A program made the translations under genes and the position numbers. From Laetmonice hystrix (lineage: Eukaryota), in the NCBI GenBank assembly GCA_965235115.1, contig OZ249436.1:17300001-17364000 (forward strand): a stretch of DNA of 64,000 nt, written 5' to 3'. Positions 1 through 16,600 of the stretch are shown piece after piece (the stretch's first letter is position 1; every line of letters starts with the position of its first letter). Under the pieces are notes generated by a model, which saw nothing but the letters and a program-made list of their open reading frames with translations, was not told the DNA's origin and ran no database searches.

Positions 1-297
1 CGTTTTCTTTGTACAGGACGCCCCGGAACGCTAGTTCCATCAACAGGATGCCTCCAGGAAGTTAACCCAAAGTGTTTTCACTTGTTGATTTTTCATAGTT
101 TAGGAAACTGACTCCGCTCAATTTCATTTCATCACTTTCGTCAAAATTTAATGAAAATGAGAAAACCAAAACTGCATCAATAACTGCAATCTAAACTTTT
201 GGAAAAGTAGCACCTTTTGTAATTTCCCCAGCCCCCCCCCCCCCCTCCCAGGTTACAGGTATAGACTGAGTACATATATTAAGGTGTGATGTCCTTA

Positions 298-4136
<3,839 letters not shown>

Positions 4137-4614
4137 CGTCTCGAGTTTACGAACCGGATGTATCACCTCTACAAGGAACAAAAAGGAAGAAAGAGAATGA
4201 TGAAGAGTGAAATATCCGGCTACAGGACAGACCTAGGGTCTATAAAAAGGTCCCTTGACAAAGTCGTTCTCTACGCACATGTAGGCCTATAGAGTCTACA
4301 ATTACAATTGACAACGCAAATGTAAAAATGGTAACTCGGGTCTAGCCCTACAACTGAGTAGGCCAGTCCGTCAGCCTAAAAATGTAGGTAGACCTACTAA
4401 CCAAATATGATGTCCTGTATATGGGCTTCCTTCACGTTGGAGCGATTGTAGGAGAATGGATACTCTCTCTTTGGCTTTCGTTACTTATATACATGTATAG
4501 GCCTACCTCACCTTGCTTAGAGAGAGCCCCTTATTAATCCTCTCTAGCCTGTATAATCCTTGTGATAATCGGTATACCACTCTTAAACCGATTGGTGTCC
4601 CTTAGGCTTAGAGC

Positions 4615-4642
4615 GTCTCTAAGAGCAACCTCGCCTAGCAAC
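4615..4642. promoter_or_regulatory. tandem RFX X-box-like motifs upstream of tektin
   Basis: GTCTCTAAGAGCAAC and CTCGCCTAGCAAC lie about 110 bp upstream of a minus-strand donor AAG|GTGAGG at 4511/4512. Confidence 0.5.
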
Positions 4643-5574
4643 TTGCGAGTTTTCATTCACAAATTTCATTTCATCGCTTGGTTCGTTGTCAAGGGCGCGA
4701 TGCGATGAGCGGGTGTTGTGTACACACAACCGCAGTTCGGCCTTTAATATATCTGTGCGGTCAAAATGTGACGTGAAACGGTCTGTTCCGCCACTAGTGT
4801 CAACATCTCTGCTGGCACATCCACCTGTAGCTATAAGTCTGCAACTGAGAGGAACTACAGCTGCATGGGCGGGTTGCATGCCTCGACCATATGCCCTACC
4901 ACTTGTTCGTGAAATAACTTGGCCTGCATAAGAATTAGATTGAAGGTCGCCAAGTGAGCGGGCGTAGTTTGCTGCCGACCCGGGAGAGGGCGCGCTGTCA
5001 GCGTCCGCCTGCCAGGACCACATCGATCATCGATCGGTTCGGAACCTTTGATTGGCATGGTCTTTGACAAGATCACTGCCGTGCTGGCAGTCTCCGTATC
5101 AATAATGGATGGACAACAATGGACGAAGTGTAAAGAGCCAATCACAGGCGCGGCGACGTTTGATTCCCGGCAGCGTGATTACTGAATCGATGAATCAATG
5201 ACCTGTGGTTCGATTGGGTGATCGATGATGATTTCACGACCCAAATCATCAAGTGAAGTATTCCGTGACCCTTACCTGGACAACTGGACATCCACAAAGT
5301 CAAACTACGAGGTAAAGATGGGTGTGTGTATAAATTACGCGTAGGCCTAGATCTTGGCCTACTCTATACAGGTAGGCCTAATATATATTTACGATACTGC
5401 CGTATTGGCCTATAGGCCTATTGGCGTCCAAATGAATATAAAACCATAGGCTAAGAGATAATAGGAGTTTTAAAACTCTCCGCCACCATCTACCGAGCGG
5501 TTGAGGTCAGACAGTTGACCCGAGGTCACACTGGCCGACGGTGACTTTTAATTTTATGGTTGACAAACTCCCGC

Positions 5575-5587
5575 GTTGCGTGGAAAC
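5575..5587. promoter_or_regulatory. RFX X-box-like motif
   Basis: GTTGCGTGGAAAC, upstream of a minus-strand donor CAG|GTAAGG at 5275/5276. Confidence 0.45.
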
Positions 5588-6329
5588 GAGGCCGTGGCGC
5601 GCGTCCCACTCCGTTCTGAACCGATCTGTACCGAGCTGTAGAACGAACGCCGAGTGACATGTATCCACAATGTTATCAATGACCGGCATATAGGAAACCA
5701 ATTCAGTGATACGAATTCAGGCGTCAACAAAAAAACACAGCTCTTTCGTCTCCTCATATTGCACTTACGCCTTGTAGCGTTGTAGAGGCCTATATTTTCA
5801 GGTTATACAGGCGGAGATCTATAGTTCTGAAATTTAGGGCCATAAAAAAACCAGAGATACTTCAGCAAGATTGAATTGTCATTGATTCACAGATCGATAC
5901 GCGAGTAAGTCACATTCTAAAGCACTTTTCCAAATTGCACTTGTGACTTTCCAATTGTACTTCCCAAAATTGCACTTTGAGCTCATAATTATGCATTATA
6001 TATTTAACGGCCTGCTCCCGCCAGCACTCGCAGAGAAAAAGTACCGTTTTATATAACAATTAAGGGCCCGGTTTCCCGATACTTATATTGAACTCTTGAC
6101 GAAGACCAGCCTATCGGTGGTATTTAGCTTCAGTTTCCGCAAAAACCGGGGCCTTGTGCCTTTTAATCTTACCAATGGTTAACCTCATTAAGGAAAAAAG
6201 TATGAGAATAGGTATGTATTTGCTGTCCGGATAGTCCTGTTCTGTACGTAAATATAATTTTATGTTGAAAATAAAAAAAATATTAATAAAAAAAACAACA
6301 AAAAACATCCACGTCAAAAACATAGGGAC

Positions 6330-6960
6330 ATCTTTGTTCTCAGTAAGGTTTTAGTATCTCCTGCTTTGTTCAGTGAGGTGTTAGAATATGTATCTCCCTA
6401 TCTTTGTTCTCAGTGTGGTGTTAGAATAGATTCCCTATCGTTGTTCTCAGTGAGGTGTTAGAATAGACCTGTATGTATCTTCCTATCTTTGTTCTCAGTA
6501 AGGTGTTAGAATAGATACATGTATCTCCCTATCGTTGTTCTCAGTGAGGTATTAGAATAGGTATGTATCGCCCTATCTTTGTTCTCAGTGAGGTATTAGA
6601 ATTGGTATGTATCTCCCTATCTTTGTTCTCAGTGAGGTGTTAGAATAGATACATGTACCTCCCTATCGTTGTTCCCAGTGAGGTATTAAAATAGGTATCT
6701 CCCTGTCTTTGTTCTGAACGAGGTGTTAGAATAGGTATGTATCTCCCTATCTTTATTCTCAGTGAGGTGTTAGAATAGATACATGTATCTCCCTATCGTT
6801 CTCAGTGAGGTGTTGGAATAGGTATATGTATCTCCCTATCGTTCTCAGTGAGGTGTTAGAATAGGCCTAGATACATGTATCTCCCTATCGTTGTTCTCAG
6901 TGAGGTGTTAGAATAGATACATCTATGTCCCTATCGTTGTTCTTAGTAAGATGGTAGAAT
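6330..6960. repeat. minisatellite, ~40-45 bp unit
   Basis: repeats of atctccctatc(t/g)ttgttctcagtgaggtgttagaatag... Confidence 0.9.
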
Positions 6961-9438
6961 CGGCGCTGAAAATTCGAGTGGGCCTTAGCACGGCCTATAA
7001 CGATATCACCGGTGTAGATACGGTACTTAATGTCAACAGTCCTGAGAACGAAGGTACCGTATAAATGCATGTTAACAATTTTTGAACCGGGTAGAAGTGT
7101 CGCAAGTCCTCTCCCACTTCAACCCCCAGGTGTCGCCCAATAAAAAACCGTTCAGGACGAGATATCGAAGTTCAAGTTGCCCTCCCAGTCTACTGGTATA
7201 ATACGTCGGCTAGTGTTTCAGGATGCCTGACATAGACAACACCTCTAACTGCATGAGAAGCTTTCGTCGGTATACGGACGCAATTAGCGGACAACATGAA
7301 GGAGTCACTCCGCTGGATGTACCAGAAATCTGCCTCAGGTCGAATACACACGAGGTCTATAAAGTCCACCTCAGATCACACCGAAACAATTCCACAAAAC
7401 AATGCTTGGACTTAAACACAAAGTTATCTCAAGTAGGCCTACAATATCTCACGTGTGGGTGTCACTGTATGTGTGTATTCTACATTACAAAGAACTCACG
7501 ACCTACCCTTTCTCTGTGTAACTGCAGGACGTGTGGATGACAATATCCCGGCAATCGCTCGATCCACTCTACTTTCTGTCCTGCCAGTCGGCTGCCTTTT
7601 GTAAATAGGGGTGTCTGTTGTCGCTACCCTTGGTTACGAGACGCCAAGGCGACCATAGCGAGGCTCGATCACTAACGGCGCGCGGCGGGCGGTGGGCTGG
7701 GCCCATGTTAACGATCTGACTTTATTAAAGCGACCCGGGCATGAATATTTGATCACTAATACCCATGATTGGCGTGTCAGAATCCGGCTACCGGAGCGCT
7801 GCCGGCTCGGGCGGGGATTGGATCATCTGTTGCTGAGAAACACTACTAGCAGCGACCCTTACTGAAACCGATACAAACCTATCACAGTTGTTTCAGGGTC
7901 ACACAATATTTGGTTTGGATATAGTGTAGACCTATCACAGCCCGATACCACTTCACTGATATCGTTATCCTATAGGTGTTATACCAGGCAGTGCGTGTCA
8001 GCGTGATACATAGGCCTATAGGTGCGATACATGGTGTAGGATACACGGGTTAACTGGGATGTGTATTACATCTGTTTATGGGATCCGTATATATTTCTTG
8101 TTATAGTCCTGGACATTGTAGTCCCGGTATAGACTCTATAATATAAGTTAATCTATAGTGTCGACTGCGCACGGTAGTTAATATAACTCGGGGATAATGT
8201 GGTCTACAGGAGTAAGCCGTAATACAAGGAATTAAACGAGGTTGGCGAGGTCAGGAACTGAACACCACACAACGATCAAAGTTCTCGGCGTTCCTGTCGG
8301 TCGGCAGAACATGAAGTATCACACCGCCAGGGGGCGCGGACAGGGACCTGAATCACGAGTACGCGCTATCTGTCTCTGTATGGGTCCAACAAGTCCAACG
8401 TTAAGTCTGTCGGCGTGGCGTGTGGCAAGTTGTGAGGTACACACGCTTGAATTCATGTCGGCAAGCGAGCGTTTAGATTGACGTTATCTGACGTAAGTAG
8501 TCTACCGACATATAGCTATGGCCCCTTACGCGACGTATACGTTATGTCGAATGATTGCGTTCATACAAGAACAATTAAGCCTCCAATGACAATGTGGAAC
8601 AAGCTTCCAATGTGAACGCGGGGTTAGCCATAGTGCGACCGATCTGATTACCAGTACGATAATTTACAACTCATTCGAGCGGCAATTAATAATGGGTATT
8701 TGATTAAAGCCTCCAAGAAATGACATTCACTCACCCCATTTTTTCTCGCATATTTGTATAGATAGACTATAGTATCTTTAGAATCGTTATGCCCTGTTTC
8801 TGGTACTATTAAGCCTACAGTACAGTGTAAGTCACTCCCCGCAAAGAGCCGTGGGCGCCAGAACGGAATCAAGACTGGAATAACTTTATAGCATTAGCAA
8901 GGGTGACTGGTCCCTGGGCAGTCATGAGTTCCCCATAAAATCTCCAAAGGTGCACAAAAAGTAGGCCCAGATGTTCAGGGGGCCCTTGCTAGGCAGAACC
9001 CAAGACACTTTCTCAAGTTTCTGTGTTGCCCTTTTTCTGCATGCATCACCCTTTACAAATTTTGGACCTACTTGTATCTCAGGCTGAAAAAGAAGCGCCT
9101 TCCCGTCCAAATTCAAGCCCCCCCCCCCCCCCCCAAGACCATGACCATGGCTCAAGTGGCAAGCCCCCTCACCCCACCCACCCCCAGGCCGTTCAACCAG
9201 GCAAGGCCATGGCTCAAGTGGCAAGCCCCCCCCCCCCCCCAACCAGGCAATGCCATGGACATGGCTCAAGTGGCAAGCCCGAGATTTCACTCTCTCACGT
9301 GATGGAGGGGGTGCAGATCGATCCACATGTAGGCCTAGGCCCAAACCCATGCGGCCAAGCCGCCATGGATCCTCAATTTTAATTAACTAGAAAAAAAGAT
9401 ACACGTACCATTTTGACCAATCTGATACCATTACCATT

Positions 9439-9587
9439 ACAGTACTCCTACTATCTCGCCATGTTTAGGCCTAATAATTATAATCAACTGGAATAAACTT
9501 TTACTTGAATCAGTGATTCAAGTAAAAGTTTATTCCAGTTGATTATAATTATTAGGCCTAAACATGGCGAGATAGTAGGAGTACTGT
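9439..9587. repeat. perfect 149 bp palindrome (74 bp arms, 1 nt spacer)
   Basis: acagtactcc...ttgaatca G tgattcaa...ggagtactgt, centre at 9513. Confidence 0.92.
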
Positions 9588-10559
9588 GTAGTGTAATGGT
9601 AGCTCTGTTAATATTATTGATACTCTAACGTTATGCCTTCATCAATATTTTATCGGGGCCAGTGCGCCAGTGGCGGATCAAGGGGGTGGGGTGGGTTCCG
9701 GACCCCCTCAAATTTCCCCACGTTCCCTTTTTACAACCATAATGTCTTCTTTTTACAACACTGCAACAGTCACAGTGGCCCCCGTTTCTATTTTACAATG
9801 GACCCCCCCCCCCCCCACCGAATAAAACGTTAGAGCTCTCGATTTGCCCTTTTGATGCTCCCCCCCCCCCCCACGAAACGCCTAGATCCGCTTACCTTTG
9901 CTTAAATTATCTTTATTAAAGTTATACTAGCCTAACTAGGCAGGGCCGTGCCGGGGGGGGGGGGTGGGGTCTGTACCCCCCCCCCCCCCCTGGGTGCCAA
10001 AGATTTTTGGGGACTTTTAACTAACACTTAATTAGATCCGCCCACTGTAACTCCCCCCCCCCCCCCCCCTGCACCAATGGCAATGCAATGGCAATGGCCC
10101 CCGGACTGCCTAGGCCTACTGCCTGGGGGCGCTGGATTAGCCTATGTTCTGTTCAACTAGGTGGAGGTTTCCTACTGTAGAACAGTTACACTAGATTACA
10201 GACATTACTCAGTAGTCTAGATCTACACTACAGGCAGCAACTCAGACTACCCAGGGCTAGGTGGTCGTACTTCATCAAGTTCATGCACACTTTTCTTTTT
10301 CGTTGAGTGATCTCTACTTTCGGCAAAACAAAAGCTACAAATAAATAAAATAACGTATTGCCTAGGGCTAGGCATATATATTATATAATGTATAGTATCT
10401 TACCACCGAGGTGTTTTCTGACATCTTTAAGTGCCCCCGTACATGTCAAGCAGGCCATGTCGATGATGATGAGAACTCCGTCCACAAGTTATAAACTCTA
10501 AATCGATGTCGTTTGTTGACAGTCGCCGCCGCTGATGTCACGATTCCAAGCGACGTTTG

Positions 10560-10650
10560 TTGGCGCGAAACGTCAACCTTCCCGGAATGCTCTGCGGTGA
10601 ACCAGTGGAACTCTTCATAGGAGGCGCGTTCTCGGCCGGAAGTAAACAAC
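10560..10650. promoter_or_regulatory. CpG-rich NUBP1 promoter/5'UTR, possibly bidirectional
   Basis: E2F-like TTGGCGCGAAA (10560), ETS CCGGAAGT (10636) and forkhead GTAAACAA (10642) sit just before the ATG at 10651. A minus-strand donor GTG|GTAAGA lies at 10403/10404. Confidence 0.55.
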
Positions 10651-10681
10651 ATGGAGGACGTTCCAGCTGATGCACCCGAAC
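10651..10681 (+). CDS. NUBP1: NUBP1 exon 1
   Basis: [10 protein letters not shown]; |gtgagt, phase 1 fits exon 2. Confidence 0.85.
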
Positions 10682-13600
10682 GTGAGTTTTGGATCAATAC
10701 TTCTTCTGTTTTTAGGCTATTTCCATCCATATAAGCTTATACTGAATGTGAAGCACAGTTAACAAGGTTGTTTTCAAAAGAAACGGGTAATTTTGTGACA
10801 GTAAGTTAAGTGACAGCTGAGTACCGCGATTAGATGACTCGACGTCGACAACACTCAGTCCTACACAGTTGCACCATGACCATGTGTACCGTAGAATTCC
10901 CAAGAATCTAAATTGAGAGATGCTGTAACCTGTAGGCTAGGCATACTGTAACCTGTGCTGTAGCCTAGGCCAGTTGTCAGACTCCATATTCCAGACGCGC
11001 CATGTCCCACTCGGGCGGCAGTCCGTGAGTTCGCCCATGTTCCCGATACGATCATACGGGAGTCCACAGGCCAGGTGTATACAGGGTGTCAGGTGAAAAC
11101 GTCCCCATCCAAAGACGTCCCTAAGGCTAAGTGAAACCGTCCCCAATGTGAAACGTCCCCATTACTATGGCTACGCCTATGTATTGTTCCTATATCTCAC
11201 TTAGACTCTATTTGTGAATTGTGTGTTACATGTTAGTGTGATACCATGTTACAGGCCTTATCAAGTTATGTGAGATTAAGAGAATGCCCAACCAGTGGAT
11301 CAGCGGGAGCATGCCGAGGTGTGGACATATGACCGGTGGTGGTTGGGGACGTTTTCACTTAGGGATGTCCTTGCATGGGGACGTTATCACTGGCATTCGT
11401 ATACAGCCGTCCGTTTTCTCGGCGGTCTGAAATCTCCGGGAGGTGGGCTGCAGAGTCGTGTGTATTTGTATTGTTCTCGCTAAACTATCCGAAATATCAG
11501 GTCTGAATTCAGTCTCACGTAATAACCCCTTTCTCCTCTGTCAGTTTTGGTCCACAATTTGCCTATTCAGGCTGTCGTTTATTACTGTTTGGAAGAAAAC
11601 TCCACCGCCCATCAGCTAGCAGACGACCAGAGGTGTGAGTCCACCTAGGACACGCGCGTGCTCACCACGTCTGGGACGGCCTCTAAACAATAGGAAACCA
11701 TGCACCCGGAGATTACAGACCGGCAGAGAAAATGGACTGTGACACCGGTCTTTAGATGGGGCCAGACTTGCCAATGTGGTCGATCCACATCATGGCGAAA
11801 ACCTCTTACCGAGCACTTAAAGTGGCACTATTTCTTCGCCCCAGGAAGTTGACCCCTCCCATATGGATCCCCTGCACTTATCGTAATAAATTTGAGTGGA
11901 ACCAACCCGATTTACTGTGAGAACCGACGATGTACCATGATAGTATCATGCCTGCGTCTCCGCGCCATTTTGCCATGTTGCCTCGGCTGGGTAACGGGGG
12001 AATTCCGTCGATGCGCGCGCATAACCACGTGACTGCATCTACTTCCCGAGAGGAGCACGCGGAAAATGGCGGACAGCGAAGAGGAGGTTAGGCATGTTAG
12101 GGGAACGGGCTCCGGGCCCCCTACTGCGGTCCCTACACACACAGACACCCCCCACCCCGGCCCTCGCCACCTCGCCTGCCGAACGTGTCACTGAGTCAGT
12201 GAGTGCCAGCCCGACGAACGGCGGTGCTCTGAGAGGGACGGCGGCGTCACGGTTCGCCCCGCGGGTGGGAAGGCTGCCGCTGGCACACACTCATTTTGAA
12301 CTCGCGATTTTTCATGAACTACGCTACGCATCGTTATCAGACTTAGACTAGAGTCTACAACATAGAAATATTATATGCTAGTGTAAAGTTCGAGTAAATA
12401 GCACCCCTCCTTATGCGCGTGTTAACGGGCACCGGGGCCTCGGCAGCTCGGCTGAGTCGCGTAGCACAGAACGAGTAGCACACCGAGCACACTCCTCGCG
12501 TAGCAGACTCCTCTGGCAACCGTTTTAGTGTAGCCACTACAACAAGCCCCGTTTTCTCAGCAGAGGATGAGCGATGAATATTTTATCTTAGTATATAGTC
12601 TATAGCCAATACTAGTACTAGTTTGCTCCTCCACGTACCGAGGTGCGAGCATCGACTGAAATGGCCCAGCATGTGTTGCGGGGCGTGGGGCGGTGGGGCA
12701 TTCCCCGGAAGCGGCCTAGCGGGGTATTATGGGATGGTTGATGCAATGACGTCAGTCATAGCGCCATTTGTCGACCGCGGCAGATTTGAACTCAACAACA
12801 ATAACATGGACAGTGTTTACTCGGGACCCCGGCTGGAGCACACTTTCACGGTTTTCTCGACATTGCAGCGCCTGTGAGACATCATATTTCACATGTGGGT
12901 ACACATTGACTAACTGGAACGGGGGGAGAGTAACTTGGGGACCTTTAAAATTGCAGGAATTCGTCCCAATAACCGTTGACTAATAAAACGATTGCTCAAT
13001 AGAGAAATGGAGAATGAAAAGTACACTTAATTGGGACATGGAGTCTCACATACTGGGACATGCCACATGGCGTGTATGGAACATAGTCTCTCTCCCATCA
13101 CTTCAGCAGGTTAATGTTGGCTGTGTTGGACCCGTGAGAACTAATTTTTTTTTAACCCCGCCCAATGACTGGGTCTGTGGGTATTAAATATAGCAGACGT
13201 GTGATAAAGTAGAGATTTATTTTTCAGATTGTCCTGGCACTGGCAGTGAGAGTGCTGGCAAAGCCTCAGCCTGTGCAGGATGCCCTAACCAGCAGATCTG
13301 TGCCTCGGCCAAACCTCAACAACCAGACCCAGGTCAGTAACCATCCCATGTCAACAGAAACTAAGGTCATTCTTCAATCTTCAGAACCAAGTCATGATCC
13401 AGAATCAGTGACCAGACTCAGGTTATTTTAATCAGACCCAGTTTATTTATCAGAATCAGATCAGCTACAAAATATTGTGAGGAAAGTGCTATCTAATATG
13501 GCTATCGTTGTCAGAAAGTTAGCACATACATGTACGGTATATGGATTCTGCTAACCACCTCTGACCATCTAAAGATGGAATTTGTACTTTGTAAGAAATT

Positions 13601-16600
13601 TTCATAAATTGTAGAACATCTATTTTGAATGTTTTGGCTGATATTTTTTTCAGCTATGGCTGAGATCAGCGTGCGCATGTTGTCAGTCAAACACAAGGTC
13701 CTAGTGTTGTCAGGGAAAGGTGGAGTTGGGAAAAGCACATTTACAGCTCATCTGGCTCATGGCATCGCAGCTGATAAAAATAAAGAGGTGAGAGAGCATT
13801 ATTTACTCCAAAAACAAAGATGGGAGAGTATGATAGTTATAAAAAGTAAAGAGCTGAGAAAGAGTCAATTACCTCGAAAAACTAAGAGATGAGGGCATTC
13901 ATTGCCATAAAACAAAGGGCCGATATAGCCTCGGGAAGTTACCCAGCTTAAAAGCAGAGGTGAGAGAGAATAAGCGAATTTAGCATCTCAGCCGTGCAGT
14001 GCATTGTGAGATGGGTAGTTGGTTTTGGCTACCAAACAAAGCATCCAAGATGGCAGAAGTTAACATTGTCATGCCGGAGTTAAAGTTGAAATAACATGTA
14101 GGCCTATAGTGCGATTGATTGCTCAAACATCTAACTAACAGAAGTTGCTTTATGATATGAATCTAGGCCCTATATCTGAGGGAACCATGAACTCGGACAA
14201 CCTGGCTGTAAAGAAATTCAGAATGACACAGTATCGCTACCAATCCTGCAATGCCAATGCCTGCTTAAAACACCACCAGTCCACCACCCTCAAATTCAAA
14301 GCACATTTCTTTATTACATGTATTAGGACCAGCCGTTTTGAGGAATCGTGACTCCACTTACGATCTTCAATGATCGAGCGACTGCTATAGTCTCACTACT
14401 AGATCAGTAGATGAAGGCTGACAAATCTAACCTTAGACTTAGACTTGATGTACGGTCATCATCGTTTGAAATTTGGTGCAAGTAACACCCTACATGTATC
14501 TACAGCACTAAGCCATTGGTCTCACTCCCAAATTGTAATAAGTCTGGTTTGTCAATATTCTTACAGAGGTAAAATGGAATGGCATGGAATCTTACAATTT
14601 AATCCACCTTCTTCTACGTGGCTCTGGGTCTTTCTTTAGAGTCGCCTACGTGGAAAAAACGGTGCCTTCACTGGTAGGCTACCGGCGGTAGATCTATCAG
14701 TGAGTGACTGCTCACAGTGCCGTGCCTTCCACCTTTCCAACCTATACAGGCCGTTTGTACAACCAAAAATGTTCACCAGGCATGATAACACGGATGTAGG
14801 AGCCTAAACAAAATGTGTGACTGCAGTGGCTAAGCTGTAATAGCACAGAGCGTATAGGGCTAACATGTGTCTAATCTGACGGGGGACCTGTGTTTTAATT
14901 ACTGTAAAACAAAGGCTGAGATTGCCTTGGGAAGTTACCCAGCGTAAAAACAGGCGAGAGGGCATTAATTACCGTAAAACAACGGGGTAAGGTACTGTAG
15001 TGTATAGTGTTCTGTTCCTCTGGGCTCTACACAATGTAGACCTGTGAACAACTGATCTCGGTAGCTCCCCGGTAAGGGACTGATAAAACACTGATCTGAG
15101 TAACTCCCCAGTAAGGGACTGGTAAAACACTGATCTGAGTAACTTCCCAGTAAGGGACTTTTAAAAGACTGATCTAGGTGACTCCCCTGTAAGGGACTGA
15201 TAAAAGACTGATCTAGGTAACTCCCCGGTAAGGGACTGTTAAAAGACTGATCTAGGTGACTCCCCGGTAAGGGACTGATAAAAGACTGATCTAGGTAACT
15301 CCCCGGTAAGGGACTGATAAAAGACTGATCTAGGTAACTCCCCGGTAAGGGACTGATAATAGACTGATCTAGGTAACTCCCCGGTAAGGGACTGATAATA
15401 GACTGATCTAGGTAACTCCCCAGTAAGGGACTGGTAAAACAGACTCATCTAGGTAACTTCCCGGTAAGGGACTGATAAAAGACTGATCTAGGTAACTCCC
15501 CGGTAAGGGACTGATAATAGACTGATCTAGGTAACTCCCCGACCCCGGTAAGGGACTGATAAAAGACTGATCTAGGTAACTCCCCGGTAAGGGACTGGTA
15601 AAAGACTAGGTAACTCCCCGGTAAAGGAATGGTAAAAGACTGATCTCTGTAACTCCATTGTAAGAGACTGGTAAAAGACGTATTTCGGTAACTTCCCGGT
15701 AAGGGACTGGTAAAAGACTAGGTAACTAGGGACTGGTAAAAGACTGATCTAGGTAACGTCCCGGTAAGTGGAAAGAACAGGCGCTGCCTTATCCGCTGCC
15801 AGGGTAAAAATTGTGAATAAAAAAAGAACACAAGGGACTGGTGAAAGCCTAGAAAGTTGCAGTTGGCCCATATCCTTATTGTGTTCCATTCTGTAATGCA
15901 CTGAAACGACTTTCCGAAATTGGAATGAATTTTTTGCAGTATTTTTTTCACAGAAATATACATCTATCATGGGGGAATAACCCGATTTTAAGGTGTCCTA
16001 GAATAAAGTCTCCTGAGAGAGATTGTCTAGTGTTCTTCCCATGAAATTTATACCATCTTTCAACAACAGTTGAGTATCTGAGGATGATAAATTTTGAATG
16101 GGATCATTTGAAGTGGGTGAGACTAATCCCTTAGTGGCGTGTGTCGAAGGTTGGCAGGGGGGAGGTAGACCGCCTACTTACATCCGTCAAATTTAGGTGA
16201 GAAAATGTACAAATCTATCATTAGTCCTAAAACTAACCCTGACGCTTATGTCTGACCTAACTCTGCCAATTATCTCTGACCTATCCCTGCCACTTATCTA
16301 TGACCTGACCCTGACACTTATCTCTGACTTACCCTTAACATGTATCTCTGACCTACCCCTGACATATACTGTATCTCTGACCTAACTCTGCCATTTTTCT
16401 CTGACCTGACCCCACCACTTATCTCTAACATGTATCTCTGACCTAACCCTGACACTTATCTCTGACCTACTCTGACATGTATCTCTGACCTAGCCCTGAC
16501 AATTTTCTCTGACCTTACCCTGACAGTTATCTCTGACCTGGCCCTGACAGTTATCTCTGACCTGACCCTGACACTTATCTCTGACATGTATCTCTGACCT

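Noticed and set aside
12066..12092. AAAATGGCGGAC...GAG|GTTAGG as an alternative NUBP1 first exon
   Set aside because: The phase 0 donor does not fit phase 1 exon 2, and the peptide lacks similarity to NUBP1. It is more likely a YY1-like motif in a CpG-rich repeat.
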